DNA from: an uncultured Acidobacteriota bacterium
Lineage (GTDB): Bacteria; Acidobacteriota; Blastocatellia; RBC074
Length of the DNA: 64,000 nucleotides
NCBI GenBank assembly: GCA_963796275.1
Contig: CAWCKY010000001.1
Location: 352,001 to 416,000 of the forward strand
Reading direction: 5' to 3'
The notes under the pieces are model-generated. The model did not search any database. It saw only the letters and a list, made by a program, of their open reading frames with translations, and had not been told where the DNA came from. Below are positions 46,747 to 59,088 of this stretch, piece after piece. A program made the position numbers and the translations under genes. Position 1 is the first letter of the stretch. Every line of letters begins with the position of its first letter.

Positions 46747-47859
46747 ATGAAAATAGCTATTTTGGGGACCAGGGGGATTCCCGCGAATTACGGCGGGTTC
46801 GAGACATTCGCAGAGCAGCTTGGTACGCGATTGGCTGCGCGCGAACACGAGGTCGCGGTTTACGGGCGCAGGCATTATTCGACGACCCAGAAAAGAGTTC
46901 ATAACGGAGTCGAACTCGTAATTCTGCCGACGATTCGTCACAAATACTTCGACACTGTCGTACATACCTTTCTCTCGGTAATACACGCCGTACCGCGCAA
47001 ATACGATGTGATACTGATATGCAATGCCGCCAACAGCATTTTCTCATTTATTCCCCGTATATTCGGTACACCGACGCTGGTAAACGTCGACGGTCTCGAG
47101 CGTAAACGCAGGAAATGGAATCGGATTGGCAAGGCCTATTATCGCCTCTCGGAATGGCTCTCGACCTTTCTGCCCACGGCGATCGTCACCGATGCCCAGG
47201 TTATTCAGGATTATTATGCGACTAAATACGGGGCGCGATCTGCGATGATCGCTTACGGTGCGGAAGTCGCTCGCCAGGCCGCCCCTGAAAAATTGGCCCG
47301 CTTCGGACTGGCGCCCAATCAATATGCGCTATATGTGAGCAGGTTGGAGCCGGAGAACAACGCGCATCTGGTGATCGAGGCCTTTCAGCGGGTCAATACA
47401 GACATGCCGTTGGTAATGGTCGGCGGAGCGCCCTACGCCCAGGAGTACATAGCGAAACTCAAGAGCACAAGTGATCCGCGCGTTCGGTTTTTAGGCTTTG
47501 TTTTCGGGGAAGACTATCGTGCTCTTCAGCAAAATGCCTATTGCTATATTCATGCTACAGAAGTCGGTGGAACCCATCCTGCCTTGATCGAGGCTATGGG
47601 CGCGGGCAACTGCGCACTGGCGCTCAATACGCCGGAGAACATCGAGGTGGTCGGAGATGCGGGGATCCTTTACGATTCAGTCGATACCCTGGCTGAGAAG
47701 CTTCAGTTACTGATTAGCGAACCTTCGATGATAGTCGAATATCGCCGGCGCTCGATGTCCAGAGTATTGCAATATTACAATTGGGAACAGATCACGGATC
47801 AGTACGAAGAACTGCTGGCGCAGCTCGCTGGCACGGAAGCGCCCGCACTACCGGCCTAA
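46747..47859 (+). CDS. Glycosyltransferase family 4 (DUF1972 N-terminus)
   Basis: MKIAILGTRGIPANYGGFETF, NVDGLE, SRLEPENN and GGTHPALIEAMG motifs. Confidence 0.9.
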   Translation: MKIAILGTRGIPANYGGFETFAEQLGTRLAAREHEVAVYGRRHYSTTQKRVHNGVELVILPTIRHKYFDTVVHTFLSVIHAVPRKYDVILICNAANSIFSFIPRIFGTPTLVNVDGLERKRRKWNRIGKAYYRLSEWLSTFLPTAIVTDAQVIQDYYATKYGARSAMIAYGAEVARQAAPEKLARFGLAPNQYALYVSRLEPENNAHLVIEAFQRVNTDMPLVMVGGAPYAQEYIAKLKSTSDPRVRFLGFVFGEDYRALQQNAYCYIHATEVGGTHPALIEAMGAGNCALALNTPENIEVVGDAGILYDSVDTLAEKLQLLISEPSMIVEYRRRSMSRVLQYYNWEQITDQYEELLAQLAGTEAPALPA

Positions 47860-47875
47860 AACAAAGTATCGAAAT

Positions 47876-48715
47876 ATGAATTATCAATCCAGCGCAAAGA
47901 TTCCACTCTGGCAACCGGTGATGGCGCTCATTAACGAACATAGCGGCTTGATCCGTTCAATGGTGCGTCGTGACCTGACGAGCCGCTACAAGGGCTCGAT
48001 CATGGGTTTGGCCTGGGCGTTCATAACGCCGGCAATAATGATCGTCATCTTCACTCTGATCTTTCAGGGAATTTTCAATGCGAGTTTCAGTTCGAGGTTC
48101 GGGGTGCAGGAAGGATATCTAAGCTACGGCATCAATCTCTTCTGCGGACTGTTACCATGGCTGGCTATCAGCGATGGCATCCAGCGCTCGACCATCTCGC
48201 TCATCGAAAATGTCAACCTCGTAAAACGAGTCGTCTTTCCGATAGAAGTGCTGCCGGTCAACCTGGCTCTATCGGCCCTCGTTCAGCAGCTGATTGGAAC
48301 TATTATCCTGATTATAGCGGCGCTGATCCTGGAGCACAGAGTGCAGCCTACCATCTTATTGCTGCCATTATTGATGGCGCCTCAACTGTTGGTCACGATC
48401 GGCCTCGGGTGGTTGATGGCCAGCCTGGGAGTCTTCATCCGTGATATGCCGCAATTCAATCACCTTGCCTTGCAGATGTGCATGTACCTTACTCCGATCT
48501 TCTACCCGGAACACCAGATTCCGGAGAGATTCAGATGGGTTGTAACCCTGAATCCGCTGGCTCCGCTCATCCGCAGCTATCGCAGAATTTTGCTCGAGGG
48601 CAGCATGCCCGATTGGAGCGGACTGTTGATAACTCTCGGATTCGGGGTGGTGTGTTTTATCTTAGGGTACTGGTGGTTTCAAAGGACGAAGAAAGCATTT
48701 GCCGATGTGCTCTGA
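47876..48715 (+). CDS. ABC-2 polysaccharide export permease (Wzm/RfbA-like)
   Basis: RDLTSRYKGSIMGLAW, NLVKRVVFP, YLTPIFYP, LNPL and AFADVL motifs. Confidence 0.9.
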   Translation: MNYQSSAKIPLWQPVMALINEHSGLIRSMVRRDLTSRYKGSIMGLAWAFITPAIMIVIFTLIFQGIFNASFSSRFGVQEGYLSYGINLFCGLLPWLAISDGIQRSTISLIENVNLVKRVVFPIEVLPVNLALSALVQQLIGTIILIIAALILEHRVQPTILLLPLLMAPQLLVTIGLGWLMASLGVFIRDMPQFNHLALQMCMYLTPIFYPEHQIPERFRWVVTLNPLAPLIRSYRRILLEGSMPDWSGLLITLGFGVVCFILGYWWFQRTKKAFADVL

Positions 48716-48761
48716 AGTGTGGCTGGCCCATCACCCATCCTCTCCTATATCCTGACGATCC

Positions 48762-49181
48762 CTAACGATCGCGGAATTTATTGTTTTCGGTAGGTTCGCT
48801 TCGTTTTGAGCTCGAATCGAAAGCGCGGCGCATCGGTACGAGAGCCTCATACGCGTGGGGATCTTTTTGGAGGGCGGCATTTTGCGCGGCATAGTCGCGC
48901 AGCATCTCCAGGAAGCGATTGAACTCGCGCTGCATTTGATCCATCTTTTCGCGCATATTGAGAATGATCTCAACGCCGGCCAGATTAACGCCCAGGTCAC
49001 GCGTCAATTTCAGAATCGTCTCCAACCGCTCCAGATCTTCTTCCCCATAAAGCCGCACATTACCATTCGAGCGGGAAGGTGTGAGTAGCCCTTCCCGTTC
49101 ATAGAGCCGTAGCGTTTGCTGATGGATGCCGTAGTGGTCAGCCACCGCACTGATTGTGTAACCTTTGGCTCGTTTCTTCAT
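48762..49181 (-). CDS. hspR: Heat-shock repressor HspR (MerR family)
   Basis: YTISAVA...IHQQTLRLYEREGLLTPSRS...LTRDLGVNLAGVEIIL; directly downstream of dnaJ. Confidence 0.85.
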   Translation of the reverse strand: MKKRAKGYTISAVADHYGIHQQTLRLYEREGLLTPSRSNGNVRLYGEEDLERLETILKLTRDLGVNLAGVEIILNMREKMDQMQREFNRFLEMLRDYAAQNAALQKDPHAYEALVPMRRAFDSSSKRSEPTENNKFRDR

Positions 49182-49276
49182 AGACGCGCGGGGAAGGGTT
49201 ACCAGAAAAAACACAAAAAAAGCGCCGGGAAAAAGCAGCCTGTTCGTGTCTTTTGTCTATTGGTTCCCTTCGGCGA

Positions 49277-50440
49277 TTATTCCAGTCCCAGTTCAACGCG
49301 CGGATTCGCCGGATTCCGTTTGGCGAATTCACGCAACAGATTTTTTGTGTCCTCATCGATGATCGTCGGCAGCACGATCTTCACCTCAACATATTGATCC
49401 CCGCGGGTGTTCCCGCGCAGGCTGGGAGCACCCTTTTCACGCAGGCGGAAAAGCTGTCCCGATTGGGTGCCGGGAGGAATGCGAAGCTGCGCCTTACCGC
49501 TGACGGTTGGCACCTCGATCTTCGCCCCCAAAGCAGCTTCGGGCAAGGTGATCGGGATCGTGCAATAGATGTTGTCGCCCTTGCGGGTGAATATCTTATG
49601 GGGAGATACATTCGTAACTATGTATAGATCCCCAGATGGCCCACCCCTGCTGCCAGCTTCGCCTTTACCGGAAACCTTCACGCGCGTTCCCGTGTCGACG
49701 CCCGCCGGTATGCGGACCTTAACCGTTTCGGATTTCGGAATGGTGCCCTTACCGCTGCAGACCGCGCAGGGCTGCGGTCGCTTGCCGGTGCCATTGCAAT
49801 CCGGACAAGCCTGATCGTAGCGCAGGAATCCGCCCCCTGAAGATATCTTTCCGTTGCCGCTGCAGTTTAGACAAACGACCTGGCTCGTACCGGCATTTCC
49901 TGATCCATGACATCGCTTACAGGGCTCGCTGCTGCGGACGTTAATGTTAGTCGTCAGTCCGTTGATCGCTTCCTCAAAACTTATTGCTAGGGGAAGCTCG
50001 ATATCTGCCCCCCGCTGAGCATGTGGGCGACCTTGTGAAGTAGCGCGCGTACCACCGAAGAGATCGCTGAAAATATCGCGGAAACTCGGCCCGCCTCCAG
50101 CGCCAGCCCCGGCATTTCCGGCGCCGGCTGTCCCCCCAGCCCCACCCGTGAATACGCTCCAGTCGAAATCAAAGCCCCCTGTATTCGCTGGTCCACGGGT
50201 CGCGTCTCTGATCGAATCGCTATAAGTCCCGAACTTATCGTAAACCTCGCGTTTCTTGGGTTCCGAGAGCACTTCATATGCCTCCGAGAGCTGCTTGAAT
50301 TTCTCTTCAGCAGACTTATCTCCCGGATTGACATCAGGATGATATTTACGAGCCAGGCGTCGGTAAGCCTTGCGTATATCGTCCTGCGAGGCGCCACGTT
50401 TAACACCGAGTACTTTGTAAAAGTCTTCGCGTTGGGCCAT
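49277..50440 (-). CDS. dnaJ: Chaperone DnaJ
   Basis: J domain with HPD, G/F-rich region, four CxxCxGxG repeats, C-terminal domain. Confidence 0.96.
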   Translation of the reverse strand: MAQREDFYKVLGVKRGASQDDIRKAYRRLARKYHPDVNPGDKSAEEKFKQLSEAYEVLSEPKKREVYDKFGTYSDSIRDATRGPANTGGFDFDWSVFTGGAGGTAGAGNAGAGAGGGPSFRDIFSDLFGGTRATSQGRPHAQRGADIELPLAISFEEAINGLTTNINVRSSEPCKRCHGSGNAGTSQVVCLNCSGNGKISSGGGFLRYDQACPDCNGTGKRPQPCAVCSGKGTIPKSETVKVRIPAGVDTGTRVKVSGKGEAGSRGGPSGDLYIVTNVSPHKIFTRKGDNIYCTIPITLPEAALGAKIEVPTVSGKAQLRIPPGTQSGQLFRLREKGAPSLRGNTRGDQYVEVKIVLPTIIDEDTKNLLREFAKRNPANPRVELGLE

Positions 50441-50874
50441 TACTCAGTCTTTATCTGAATCTGTTTGCCAGCGATCTCTCTGCGTTTGGGAAGAACCACT
50501 TGCAAAACGCCGTGCGCCAGTTCAGCAGTAATATGTTCCGCATCGATCCGTTCGGAAAGGCTGAATGTGCGCTCAAATTTGCCATACGAGCTTTCAAGGC
50601 GATAAAAATGCTCGCCATGAACGTCTCTTTCCCATAAGCGCTCACCACGCAAAATCAAATTACCCTCGATAACCTTGATATCAATCTCCGAGCTCTTGAC
50701 TCCAGGCACCTCTGCAGACAATACGAAATTCTCCTGAGTTTCGTAGATGTCTACTGACGGCGACCAGGTGGAGACCGATTGCTCGGACGTGAAGAGATGC
50801 GGGCCTCGGAAGAACTCCGAAAGCTGGTGTTCAATTGCCGCGAGCTCGCTCAGCAAACGGTGTTGCTTGGCCAT
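50440..50874 (-). CDS. Small heat-shock protein Hsp20 (alpha-crystallin family)
   Basis: [31 protein letters not shown] and [10 protein letters not shown] motifs; TAATG overlap with dnaJ. Confidence 0.92.
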   Translation of the reverse strand: MAKQHRLLSELAAIEHQLSEFFRGPHLFTSEQSVSTWSPSVDIYETQENFVLSAEVPGVKSSEIDIKVIEGNLILRGERLWERDVHGEHFYRLESSYGKFERTFSLSERIDAEHITAELAHGVLQVVLPKRREIAGKQIQIKTE

Positions 50875-50938
50875 GGTTGTCAGTTGTCAGTTACCGGTTG
50901 TCGGTCGCCGGTTGTCGGTTGTCGGTTACCGACAACTG
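50875..50938. repeat. Heptamer tandem repeat (CGGTTGT/CAGTTGT-like, about 8 units) filling the dnaK-hsp20 spacer
   Basis: GGTTGT CAGTTGT CAGTTAC CGGTTGT CGGTCGC CGGTTGT CGGTTGT CGGTTAC, then an inverted CGACAACTG. Confidence 0.85.
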
Positions 50939-50940
50939 TA

Positions 50941-52872
<1,932 letters not shown>

Positions 52873-52953
52873 TCTACCTCCATTGACTCAGTGCTGCTAA
52901 TCCCTTTGTCTACAATACTTGTAGATGTTATCGCGCTGCTTATATTAGTCGGC

Positions 52954-52983
52954 AGTATAGGAGTTGAGTGTGTTCTTGTCAAG
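52954..52983 (-). promoter_or_regulatory. dnaK sigma70 promoter overlapped by a HAIR-like (HspR) operator
   Basis: TTGACA (52982-52977), 17 nt, TATACT (52959-52954); CTTGACA-N7-ACTCAAC (52983-52963) versus HAIR consensus CTTGAGT-N7-ACTCAAG. Confidence 0.75.
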
Positions 52984-53013
52984 TTTTCTGACCTGAAAAA
53001 TATAACAATAAAA

Positions 53014-54294
53014 TTATTCTTCAGATGGTGGGTTATTTATGCGGGAGCGGAGTTCGCTGGTGGTGATGATGGTTCGGCGTGATTGCTGCTGCGAAGTTTC
53101 CTGGATAAGGTCAGAGGGTTCAAGGTTTAACAATAGATGTGCGGGTTGGCCCTGATCGGTGAGGAGGTCAAGGGTGGTTCGGCGATAGAAATTTGATCGT
53201 TGATAAATACCCTCAAGGAAAACCAAAAGTACTTTAGCGATAGCGATCACCGGGACGGCGAGGATGATCCCGACCAGGCCGAAGAGGTTTCCGCCGATCA
53301 ACAGGCCGGTCAAGACCCAGAGCGGATGGATATGTAGCCGGCTGCCGATGAGTTTTGGCGTCAGGTAATAGCCTTCGACGGTCTGCACGATGACGAAGAC
53401 GACCAGGACGCCGAGAAGGCGTCCGATTCCTGCATTATCGAGCGCCAGAAAAAGCAGTGATAGGACGATACCGATTAGGGTTCCGAGGTATGGGATGAAG
53501 TTGAGCACACCCGCCAACATACCGATGGTAATCGGTAGCGGAACGCTTAAGATCGCGAATCCGAGCGAGTACAGCAGACCCATAATCAACCCGATCAGTA
53601 ATTGGCTGCGAACATAGGATGAAAGTACATTGCTTACCTGCCCTATCAGATCGGATGTTATGATACGGTAGCGCGGCGGGATAAGACGCTCGACCCGCGC
53701 GCGCATGGCGCCATAGTCCGCCAGGAAGTAATAGACCAGGAACGGAATCAGCATCAAGTCCACGAGCGACGTCGTCAGGTTGACCAATCTGAACAATCCG
53801 CTCTGCAGCCAGGCGAATGCGAAACCCATAATACGATCCGGTTCGATCGAACTCATAAATTCGTTAAATTTGGGTCTCACGAACTGATAAAATTGCGGGC
53901 TGAGCCGTTCGATTTTTAAGAGCACCTCATCCAGCCGGGAGGTATCGCTGAACATCAGCTTGGCCAGCTCATATGTCTTCATAAGTTGAGCCCAGACGCC
54001 CGGAACGATGAAGATCAAGATCAGAACGAGAATGACGGTTGCCGCTGTCATTCCCAAAAGGGCGGAGGAGATTCGCGACCACCCTCGCCGTTCGAACCAG
54101 TTAACGACCGGCGCGAGGAGATAGGCCAGGGCCAAGGAACAGAGGAGCGGCACGAGGATGATCCTGATGCCGATGAAGATTGCTATCAGGAAAATGATTG
54201 CAAGTATGATCGCCGGGACCCATCGCATCCACTCGATCGGCCCGCGTTCTTCTATGTTATTAAGATTGTTTCCCGGCTTTTCTTGTTCTTTCAC
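53014..54294 (-). CDS. AI-2E family transporter
   Basis: LAYLLAPVV, YVRSQL, GVLNFIPYLG, VQTVEGYYLTPKLIG and IHPL...GIILAVP motifs. Confidence 0.9.
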   Translation of the reverse strand: MKEQEKPGNNLNNIEERGPIEWMRWVPAIILAIIFLIAIFIGIRIILVPLLCSLALAYLLAPVVNWFERRGWSRISSALLGMTAATVILVLILIFIVPGVWAQLMKTYELAKLMFSDTSRLDEVLLKIERLSPQFYQFVRPKFNEFMSSIEPDRIMGFAFAWLQSGLFRLVNLTTSLVDLMLIPFLVYYFLADYGAMRARVERLIPPRYRIITSDLIGQVSNVLSSYVRSQLLIGLIMGLLYSLGFAILSVPLPITIGMLAGVLNFIPYLGTLIGIVLSLLFLALDNAGIGRLLGVLVVFVIVQTVEGYYLTPKLIGSRLHIHPLWVLTGLLIGGNLFGLVGIILAVPVIAIAKVLLVFLEGIYQRSNFYRRTTLDLLTDQGQPAHLLLNLEPSDLIQETSQQQSRRTIITTSELRSRINNPPSEE

Positions 54295-54343
54295 CGCTCG
54301 ACAACAATAGGCCAGCTGGTAAACCTCAGTTCAAACGAACCGC

Positions 54344-54910
54344 CTACTGCTCCGGATTTTCATTAATCAGACGGTTGACGTGCAGAATATAGTGTAGGCC
54401 TGAAAAAATCGCCATTGCCAGTGTGGCATAATACATAAACAAAAGTAGATTGGGATGTAGATCGAAAGCATTAGAAATCAAAAAGACGACGATCATCAGA
54501 ATTTGCACAAAAGTGTTGATTTTGCCGGGCAATGACGGGCGAAATTTACTGAATCCGGTCGTGATATTGATAACCAGCGCTCCCAGGACTATGAAAACGT
54601 CCCGGCTTATGGCGGTAGCGGTGAGCCAGAACGGTATCGGAGTGATGGTCGTAAACCGATGCATAGAAAGGATAATAAAGGCGGTGACGAGTAATAATTT
54701 ATCCGCCATTGGATCGAGGATCTCGCCAAGGTGAGTTTTCTGATTTAGACTGCGAGCTAACAGGCCGTCGAGCACATCGGTAATTGCAGCAGTTAGGAAG
54801 ATAAAGAGTGCCCAGACAAAACGCTGGTAATATAGTGTCGTGACAAAAATCGGAATTAGTATGAGCCGTAAAACGGTTAATAGATTGGCCGCTGTCAGAA
54901 CGGATAACAT
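54344..54910 (-). CDS. CDP-alcohol phosphatidyltransferase (PgsA-like)
   Basis: ANLLTVLRL and TDVLDGLLAR...GEILDPMADK signature. Confidence 0.9.
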   Translation of the reverse strand: MLSVLTAANLLTVLRLILIPIFVTTLYYQRFVWALFIFLTAAITDVLDGLLARSLNQKTHLGEILDPMADKLLLVTAFIILSMHRFTTITPIPFWLTATAISRDVFIVLGALVINITTGFSKFRPSLPGKINTFVQILMIVVFLISNAFDLHPNLLLFMYYATLAMAIFSGLHYILHVNRLINENPEQ

Positions 54911-55057
54911 TGCAATAAATAGCCTGGGCGAAATTCCGGGATTAATCAATTTTGTGATCGCTGTTGAACGATTACAATTTACATTAATACCGTTAGACAA
55001 ACGCTATCATAACTTTTAGATTTTTCTTTTAAAAGCATTTTGAGCAATAATGACCAT

Positions 55058-55798
55058 ATGCGACCTTCGCCTAAAAGAACTCTGGTAATCGGTGATATTC
55101 ATGGCAAGCTGAAACTCTTCACTCGTCTGCTGGAAGCGATGGAGTACAAGCCGGGTGAAGATCGCCTGATATTAATCGGCGATCTGGTCGACCGCGGCGA
55201 AGATTCACGTGGGGTGGTCGCACTCGCCATCGAGTTGACGCGTGAAGCGCTCAATCGTGTCAAAGTTATCAGAGGGAACCACGAAGCGATGATGCTGGCC
55301 GCGCTGGCCTATCCCGAGAGCGAGCAAGCGGAACTCTGGTATTACAATGGCGGAGTCGAGACGCTGCAGAGTTATATGGATGAGGATGGCAATCTCGATG
55401 TGCCGGAGGAGCATTGGGATTTCATGGCATCTCTGCCGACCTGGTATGAAGATGATCATGCGATCTATGTGCACGCATCGCTCCCTGAACGTGACGGCGG
55501 CAGATTTATTCACCCCGCCGAATTGCCGGAGAGCCCGGAACTCTACTGGTCGCGTAACCGCAATTTTTTCTCCGATTACAAAGGCAAGACGGTCGTCTTC
55601 GGTCATACGATTACTGGAATGGTTTTCGGCGAACGCGAAAAAGTATGGTTGCACGATAGCCTGATCTGCGTCGATACCGGAGCTTATCTGACCGGAGTGC
55701 TCTCAGCCATCGAGCTTCCATCGCGCCGCGTCTTCAGCGTGAGCGAAGCGCCCCTAGAACAAGAGCTCGCCGGAAATAGTCGCTGGCTGGCATTATAA
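55058..55798 (+). CDS. Metallophosphoesterase (PPP-family Ser/Thr phosphatase-like)
   Basis: GDIHG, GDLVDRG, RGNHE, VHA, FGHT and DTGA motifs. Confidence 0.9.
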   Translation: MRPSPKRTLVIGDIHGKLKLFTRLLEAMEYKPGEDRLILIGDLVDRGEDSRGVVALAIELTREALNRVKVIRGNHEAMMLAALAYPESEQAELWYYNGGVETLQSYMDEDGNLDVPEEHWDFMASLPTWYEDDHAIYVHASLPERDGGRFIHPAELPESPELYWSRNRNFFSDYKGKTVVFGHTITGMVFGEREKVWLHDSLICVDTGAYLTGVLSAIELPSRRVFSVSEAPLEQELAGNSRWLAL

Positions 55799-55805
55799 AT
55801 TCCCG

Positions 55806-56585
55806 ATGAATCGATCAAGATCGATCACAGAGACCGATAGTTTTCGGGCAGACCTTCTACACATCCACCTATACAAATCACGCGCGGAACTAGGCGCTGC
55901 CATGGCTGCTGCTGTAGCTGTCGAACTGCGCTCTCTCATCAGCGAAAGAAAGAGGGCAGTCGGGATATTCGCTTCCAATCCCGCACAAATCGAATTTTTG
56001 GACTATCTCGTCGGCGCGGCAGATATTGAATGGACGCGCGTCATAGCATTTCATCCTGATGAATATCTGGGCATCAGCGAAATGGCGCCTCAATCATTCA
56101 GACGTTTTATACTGGATCGATTGGTAAAGAGGGTCCCCGTAGCCGAATTTCACGCCATTCGAGGTGAAGCTGCGAATACCGATGCCGTCTGCGCGAACTA
56201 CGCGGCCCTGCTCAAATCGAGGCCTCCGGATTTCGCCGTCCTGGGAATCGGCGAAGACGGCAGTCTCGGATCGCTCTCTCCCGCGGTCTGCGAGTTCAAT
56301 GATTCTTCATCCGTCAAGGTCTTCCAAATCGATGAAGATCACCGCCGCAGGATCGTTGACAATGGATTTTTCAGATCGATCGATGAGGCGCCGCGCGGCA
56401 TTATCTCTCTGACTATCCCGACAATCATGCCTTGCCGAAGTTTATTCGCGGTAGCCCAGGCAGGCATAAATCGTGATGCGCTAAGAAATACTATCGAAGG
56501 TGAAATCCATTCTGCCTATCCCGCGTCGATCCTACGAACTCATCGCAACGCCCATCTTTATCTTGTGGGGGATACAATACAATAG
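55806..56585 (+). CDS. Glucosamine-6-phosphate deaminase-like protein (NagB fold) with a divergent active site
   Basis: FHPDEYLG, LGIGEDG and PASILRTH motifs; the usual GHxxFNxP motif reads GSLGSLSP. Confidence 0.75.
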   Translation: MNRSRSITETDSFRADLLHIHLYKSRAELGAAMAAAVAVELRSLISERKRAVGIFASNPAQIEFLDYLVGAADIEWTRVIAFHPDEYLGISEMAPQSFRRFILDRLVKRVPVAEFHAIRGEAANTDAVCANYAALLKSRPPDFAVLGIGEDGSLGSLSPAVCEFNDSSSVKVFQIDEDHRRRIVDNGFFRSIDEAPRGIISLTIPTIMPCRSLFAVAQAGINRDALRNTIEGEIHSAYPASILRTHRNAHLYLVGDTIQ

Positions 56586-56671
56586 CCCGGCGGAGGCGCG
56601 GTTCCAGAAAAATAAGGCAAAAAGCGATCAAATCACTCTCGAACTTAATGCACCTTGATTTCCTTTTTTTC

Positions 56672-56998
56672 TTACGGGAAATTCGGATTGGGAGTCATTA
56701 ACACGAGCAGCGATAAGGGTTCGCTGCTGGTGTTTTTCACTCCATGCTCCTGGCCCGCGGGAGCGAAAACGATCTGATTCATACCGAGTTCCTGCGTCTC
56801 GCCTCCGACGAAGAACGTCCCGCAACCATCAAGCACGTAGTAAATTTTGTCTTCCAACTTATGTGCGTGGACTTTCTGTTCCTGGCCGGGTTCGAGGCAA
56901 TAGACGTCGCAAAAGAAATTTCTGGTCTCGAAGAGATTTATCTTCTGCATCTTATCGGGCGCGAATAGCCTCAATGCAAATACATCTTTATATTCCAT
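56672..56998 (-). CDS. Cupin domain protein
   Basis: PGQEQKVHAH and APAGQEHGVKN motifs. Confidence 0.85.
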   Translation of the reverse strand: MEYKDVFALRLFAPDKMQKINLFETRNFFCDVYCLEPGQEQKVHAHKLEDKIYYVLDGCGTFFVGGETQELGMNQIVFAPAGQEHGVKNTSSEPLSLLVLMTPNPNFP

Positions 56999-57005
56999 AA
57001 GCTGA

Positions 57006-57431
57006 TTATCGCTCGTCCTTAACCTGGTTAGCTTTTGACACTTGCGAGGCGTGATGATGGATCATCCGCCATCCCCCGCCGATCCGCTGAAACAGATTGG
57101 TCGCCGTCGTTCGAGCGGAGACGGGTGCCGATGTCCGATCGAGAAAGAGGGCTATGTTTTCGTTACAGGAGACCAGGGCGAAATCCCCCTCTATCTTGAT
57201 CTCGACATCTGTCGCGGAGACACGCATACCCGCCGGCGCGCTGAATATGTTCTCCCAGCTCTGATAGACCCCGTCCCAACCTATTATCAATTCCCATCCG
57301 GGATGGATACATTTCACCCAGTCTTCGTGCAGCCATACCTCGGACATCTCATCCAAATCGGCATTTTCCAGGGCGCGATAGAAGCGCTCGTTGGCCTCTT
57401 CAACCGCCTCCATTTCAAACGCTGCTTGCAT
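57006..57431 (-). CDS. NTF2/SnoaL-like domain protein
   Basis: ANERFYRALE, CIHPGW, ATNLF and WRMIHHHAS motifs. Confidence 0.85.
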   Translation of the reverse strand: MQAAFEMEAVEEANERFYRALENADLDEMSEVWLHEDWVKCIHPGWELIIGWDGVYQSWENIFSAPAGMRVSATDVEIKIEGDFALVSCNENIALFLDRTSAPVSARTTATNLFQRIGGGWRMIHHHASQVSKANQVKDER

Positions 57432-57556
57432 TTCGAACCTCCTCGTAACCGATCAGAGCGAACGTAAAATACTATCCAAAATAAAGAAACATACGAAATA
57501 CCAGATATATTCCGTATGTTTCGATATGTTTCGAATATTTCTTATTCTCTCTTGAT

Positions 57557-58384
57557 TCAGGGCAGAATCGCAATGATTCGCGCCGGGCCACCGGTGCCGC
57601 CTTTTATCTTCATGGGAAGCGCGATGAGCGTTGCGCCCTGGGCGGGCAGTTGATCCAATTTGGCGATATTTTCCAGCCCATAAATATTTGCGCCGTTTAG
57701 AATTTGATGCGCAATGAAATCCTGCGAGGGGCCATGATCCAGACTCGCCGTGTCAATGCCGATGCCATCGATCCTTCTTTGTTTAGACAGAAAATCGGCA
57801 GCTTCCCGTGAAATACCGGGGAAATGCAAATTTGCGACATCGCCTGGGGCATCGGTTCCCATATATCTTTTCTTATCCGTCCAGAACTTACCCCATCCGG
57901 TACGGACGAGTACTATCGACTCATCAGGAATGCGCCCGTTGATATTCTCCCAGGCATTGATGTCTTCGGCGGTCAAGCGGTAATCCGGATCCTTCTCGCA
58001 GGCCTTCACAATATCGATGACGGCTGCCGGTCCTATCAGCCGCGATAGCGGTATCTGATCGATCGATGATTTGCCCTGACCGAAATGGATCGGTGAATCG
58101 ATGTGCGTACCACCGTGTTCGCTCGCAGAGTATCGGGCAGCGGCATACCAAAAACGGGCCTCGGTAACTCCCCACGATTCTTTCTCCCACAAAAATGGTT
58201 GGGCGGTCGGCCAATATATGGTCGCTTCATCGAAGTTGTAGGTGAGATCGATTACTTTCGATTCGTCGACGCTGTTCGATTGAGCGAATAGCTCTTTGGG
58301 AAGTTCCCTCGCAGCCCGCTCGCCGCTACATCCGGATATAGCAATGATCGAGATCAGTGTGGCACTGATAATAGTTTTTTTCAT
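57557..58384 (-). CDS. Cyclase family (kynurenine-formamidase-like) lipoprotein
   Basis: Lipobox ISGC; EHGGTHIDSPIHF, GIDTASLD, ENI and GGPARI motifs. Confidence 0.88.
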   Translation of the reverse strand: MKKTIISATLISIIAISGCSGERAARELPKELFAQSNSVDESKVIDLTYNFDEATIYWPTAQPFLWEKESWGVTEARFWYAAARYSASEHGGTHIDSPIHFGQGKSSIDQIPLSRLIGPAAVIDIVKACEKDPDYRLTAEDINAWENINGRIPDESIVLVRTGWGKFWTDKKRYMGTDAPGDVANLHFPGISREAADFLSKQRRIDGIGIDTASLDHGPSQDFIAHQILNGANIYGLENIAKLDQLPAQGATLIALPMKIKGGTGGPARIIAILP

Positions 58385-58425
58385 CGTCTCCCTCCGAAAT
58401 AGTGAGATGTACTTCGAACTAATTT

Positions 58426-59088
58426 TTATTGTCTCAGGGCATGATCAGGGGGAAATGACTCGTCGTTTCCGTGTAACGTGGCAATACCACGATACATCTC
58501 AGCCATGATGCGCGGTGCATTGGGCATGAGGAAACGATCGAGAGACATGATTTCGAATCCGGCGGATTTTATCAAATTATCTATCGGGCGATTCAAATTA
58601 CACCCCGCCGCAATTATTCGTTGAATTGGGTTGAAGATATCCTGTCGACGGGCGATGGCGCGATCATCGCTGCGACCGTGTTCGAGGAAGACAAACCGGC
58701 CGCCGGGTTTCATCACACGGGCGATTTCAGATAGCGCAGGAGAGACTTCGGCGATCGAGCAGAGCGTCATTGTCGTTACTACCGTATCGAAACGCTTATC
58801 GACAAAGGGCATTCGCCCGCTCGCGTCAAGTTGCAGCTTGATCACCGGAATTGGGCAATCGGCAATCCGCTTTTCTACTCTCCGCTGCATCATGTTCTCA
58901 GAATCTATGACTGTCAGGTTTGTTACGGTTTCGGGGTAATAAGGGAGATTGAGACCAGTGCCGAAGCCTACTTCAAGCGTTTCTCCGCGTGCCGCGGCAA
59001 GCGCCGTCCGCCGGCAATTGCCAATTTCAGTAGTACCTAAACTCCACTCGAGTATATGGGGGAAGATGTGCTTCGAATAGATTCCCAT
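58426..59088 (-). CDS. Class I SAM-dependent methyltransferase
   Basis: LEVGFGTGLN, FDTVV...LCS and RVMKPGG...EHG motifs. Confidence 0.9.
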   Translation of the reverse strand: MGIYSKHIFPHILEWSLGTTEIGNCRRTALAAARGETLEVGFGTGLNLPYYPETVTNLTVIDSENMMQRRVEKRIADCPIPVIKLQLDASGRMPFVDKRFDTVVTTMTLCSIAEVSPALSEIARVMKPGGRFVFLEHGRSDDRAIARRQDIFNPIQRIIAAGCNLNRPIDNLIKSAGFEIMSLDRFLMPNAPRIMAEMYRGIATLHGNDESFPPDHALRQ

